Of a DNA stretch of 64,000 nucleotides, positions 63,416-64,000 are shown piece by piece. Under the pieces are notes generated by a model. It saw only the letters and a program-made list of their open reading frames with translations. It was not told where the DNA came from and made no database searches. Both the position numbers and the translations under genes were made by a program. Origin of the DNA: an uncultured Bacteroidaceae bacterium (lineage in GTDB: Bacteria; Bacillota; Clostridia; Christensenellales; CAG-917); contig CAZLVK010000003.1 in NCBI GenBank assembly GCA_964563025.1, forward strand, positions 84,061-148,060. Reading direction: 5' to 3'. How positions within the stretch are numbered: the first letter of the stretch is position 1; each line of letters starts with the position of its first letter.

Positions 63416-64000
63416 CTACCTCTCGATTTTGGCAATAATGCCGTCGTACTTTTTCGCCCACTTGACGACTTTGCCTCGATTATACTTTTTGGGTATGCGT
63501 TTCGCTATCCTCTTTCCACCGAGGGCTTTAACGAGCCACTTAACCGCTTGGCAAACGAGAGAGGGCTTTCTGAGAATAATCAACGCCTTTTTCAGCACGT
63601 CGAGAGCGGAAATTTTTGCGGGATTTTCGCTGTCCGTAGACAACAACGCCATATCGTCATTCGTCACCACTCCGCAACCGAAAAGCCAGTTTATCATAGC
63701 GGGATTGATATTTAAAGCCCATCTTTTGATAATGTCGATGAACATATAATCCGCACCGAGTTCCTCGATGAACTTAAGTTCGTATCCCCAAAGTTCCTTT
63801 GCCGAAAAGTCCGTTTTGCCGTTGAGAGTTTCCGCAAGCCATACCCCCGCTTTCATGGACGCTTCTATACCGCTACCCATAATTGGCATGGTCATAAACG
63901 CACTGTCGCCGACCGCCACGTAGCCGTCCGCAACCATAACCGACAACGGACGACGAACGCCTATATCCACCTTGCGCGGAGAGCGGATTTCTTCTTCGGT
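63416..64000 (-). CDS. FAD/NAD(P)-dependent oxidoreductase, C-terminal part (runs off the window)
   Basis: VAVGDSAFMTMPIMGSGIEASMKAG resembles the GD-motif of FAD-dependent (geranylgeranyl-reductase-like) enzymes. The reading frame stays open to 64000. Confidence 0.55.
   Translation of the reverse strand, partial: TEEEIRSPRKVDIGVRRPLSVMVADGYVAVGDSAFMTMPIMGSGIEASMKAGVWLAETLNGKTDFSAKELWGYELKFIEELGADYMFIDIIKRWALNINPAMINWLFGCGVVTNDDMALLSTDSENPAKISALDVLKKALIILRKPSLVCQAVKWLVKALGGKRIAKRIPKKYNRGKVVKWAKKYDGIIAKIER

Noticed and set aside
2769-63715. Other long antisense or alternate-frame ORFs inside confident genes (2769-3935, 4539-5504, 12061-13143, 42027-43034, 44425-45414, 46424-47587, 46878-47927, 48684-49955, 53142-54569, 60191-61534, 62651-63715)
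   Set aside because: Each lies entirely within a CDS that has recognisable family motifs. The products are Arg/Val/Asp-rich with no recognisable motifs or RBS, which is typical of shadow ORFs.
1-64000. Mobile-element genes, prophage, tRNA, rRNA or CRISPR-cas content
   Set aside because: No ORF shows transposase, integrase, recombinase, phage structural or cas motifs. No cloverleaf-like or rRNA-like sequence was noticed. The only signs of mobility are the small non-coding repeats.

Overview
The window looks like chromosome from a Firmicutes/Clostridia-like genome. Supporting signs are a T-box leader, pyrR, lipobox lipoproteins, TasA/SipW-type signal peptides, AGGAGG-type RBSs and many rho-independent terminators. 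I call 37 CDS, 31 of them on the minus strand. I saw no rRNA, tRNA, CRISPR array, transposase or integrase.

Content in order:
1. An AAA+/DUF4143 ATPase gene bracketed by two almost identical terminator hairpins.
2. A tightly coupled 7-gene, ~11.8-kb operon: membrane protein, MoxR ATPase, DUF58, two double-anchored vWA proteins and two large lipoproteins with no family I recognise.
3. A membrane-anchored PI-PLC-like gene.
4. A ~22-kb operon made of a 6,587-aa GLUG/beta-helix surface protein, two TasA/camelysin-like proteins with SipW-class signal peptides, and a BspA-type LRR protein. This is my best candidate for an undescribed system (a fibre/adhesin module).
5. A divergently transcribed paralog, truncated at its 3' end, that shares promoter, leader and N-terminal domain with the giant gene (a head-to-head duplication).
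6. Housekeeping blocks: a T-box-controlled stand-alone TrpB2; an amino-acid ABC importer; a GMP synthase ATP-pyrophosphatase-only gene; MarR plus a heterodimeric ABC exporter; a complete lplA-lpd-gcvT-gcvH-gcvPA-gcvPB operon; upp, uracil permease and pyrR; a PflX-like radical SAM gene.

The intergenic DNA carries an unusual family of modular hairpin repeats. One type is an array built on an AATAT[A/C]AC core; the other is two composite modules that I call X and Y. They show compensatory stem changes between copies and one filled-versus-empty site comparison. They coincide with the 3' truncation or remodelling of two genes.

All coordinates, motifs and domain calls were read by eye. No searches or computations were run.
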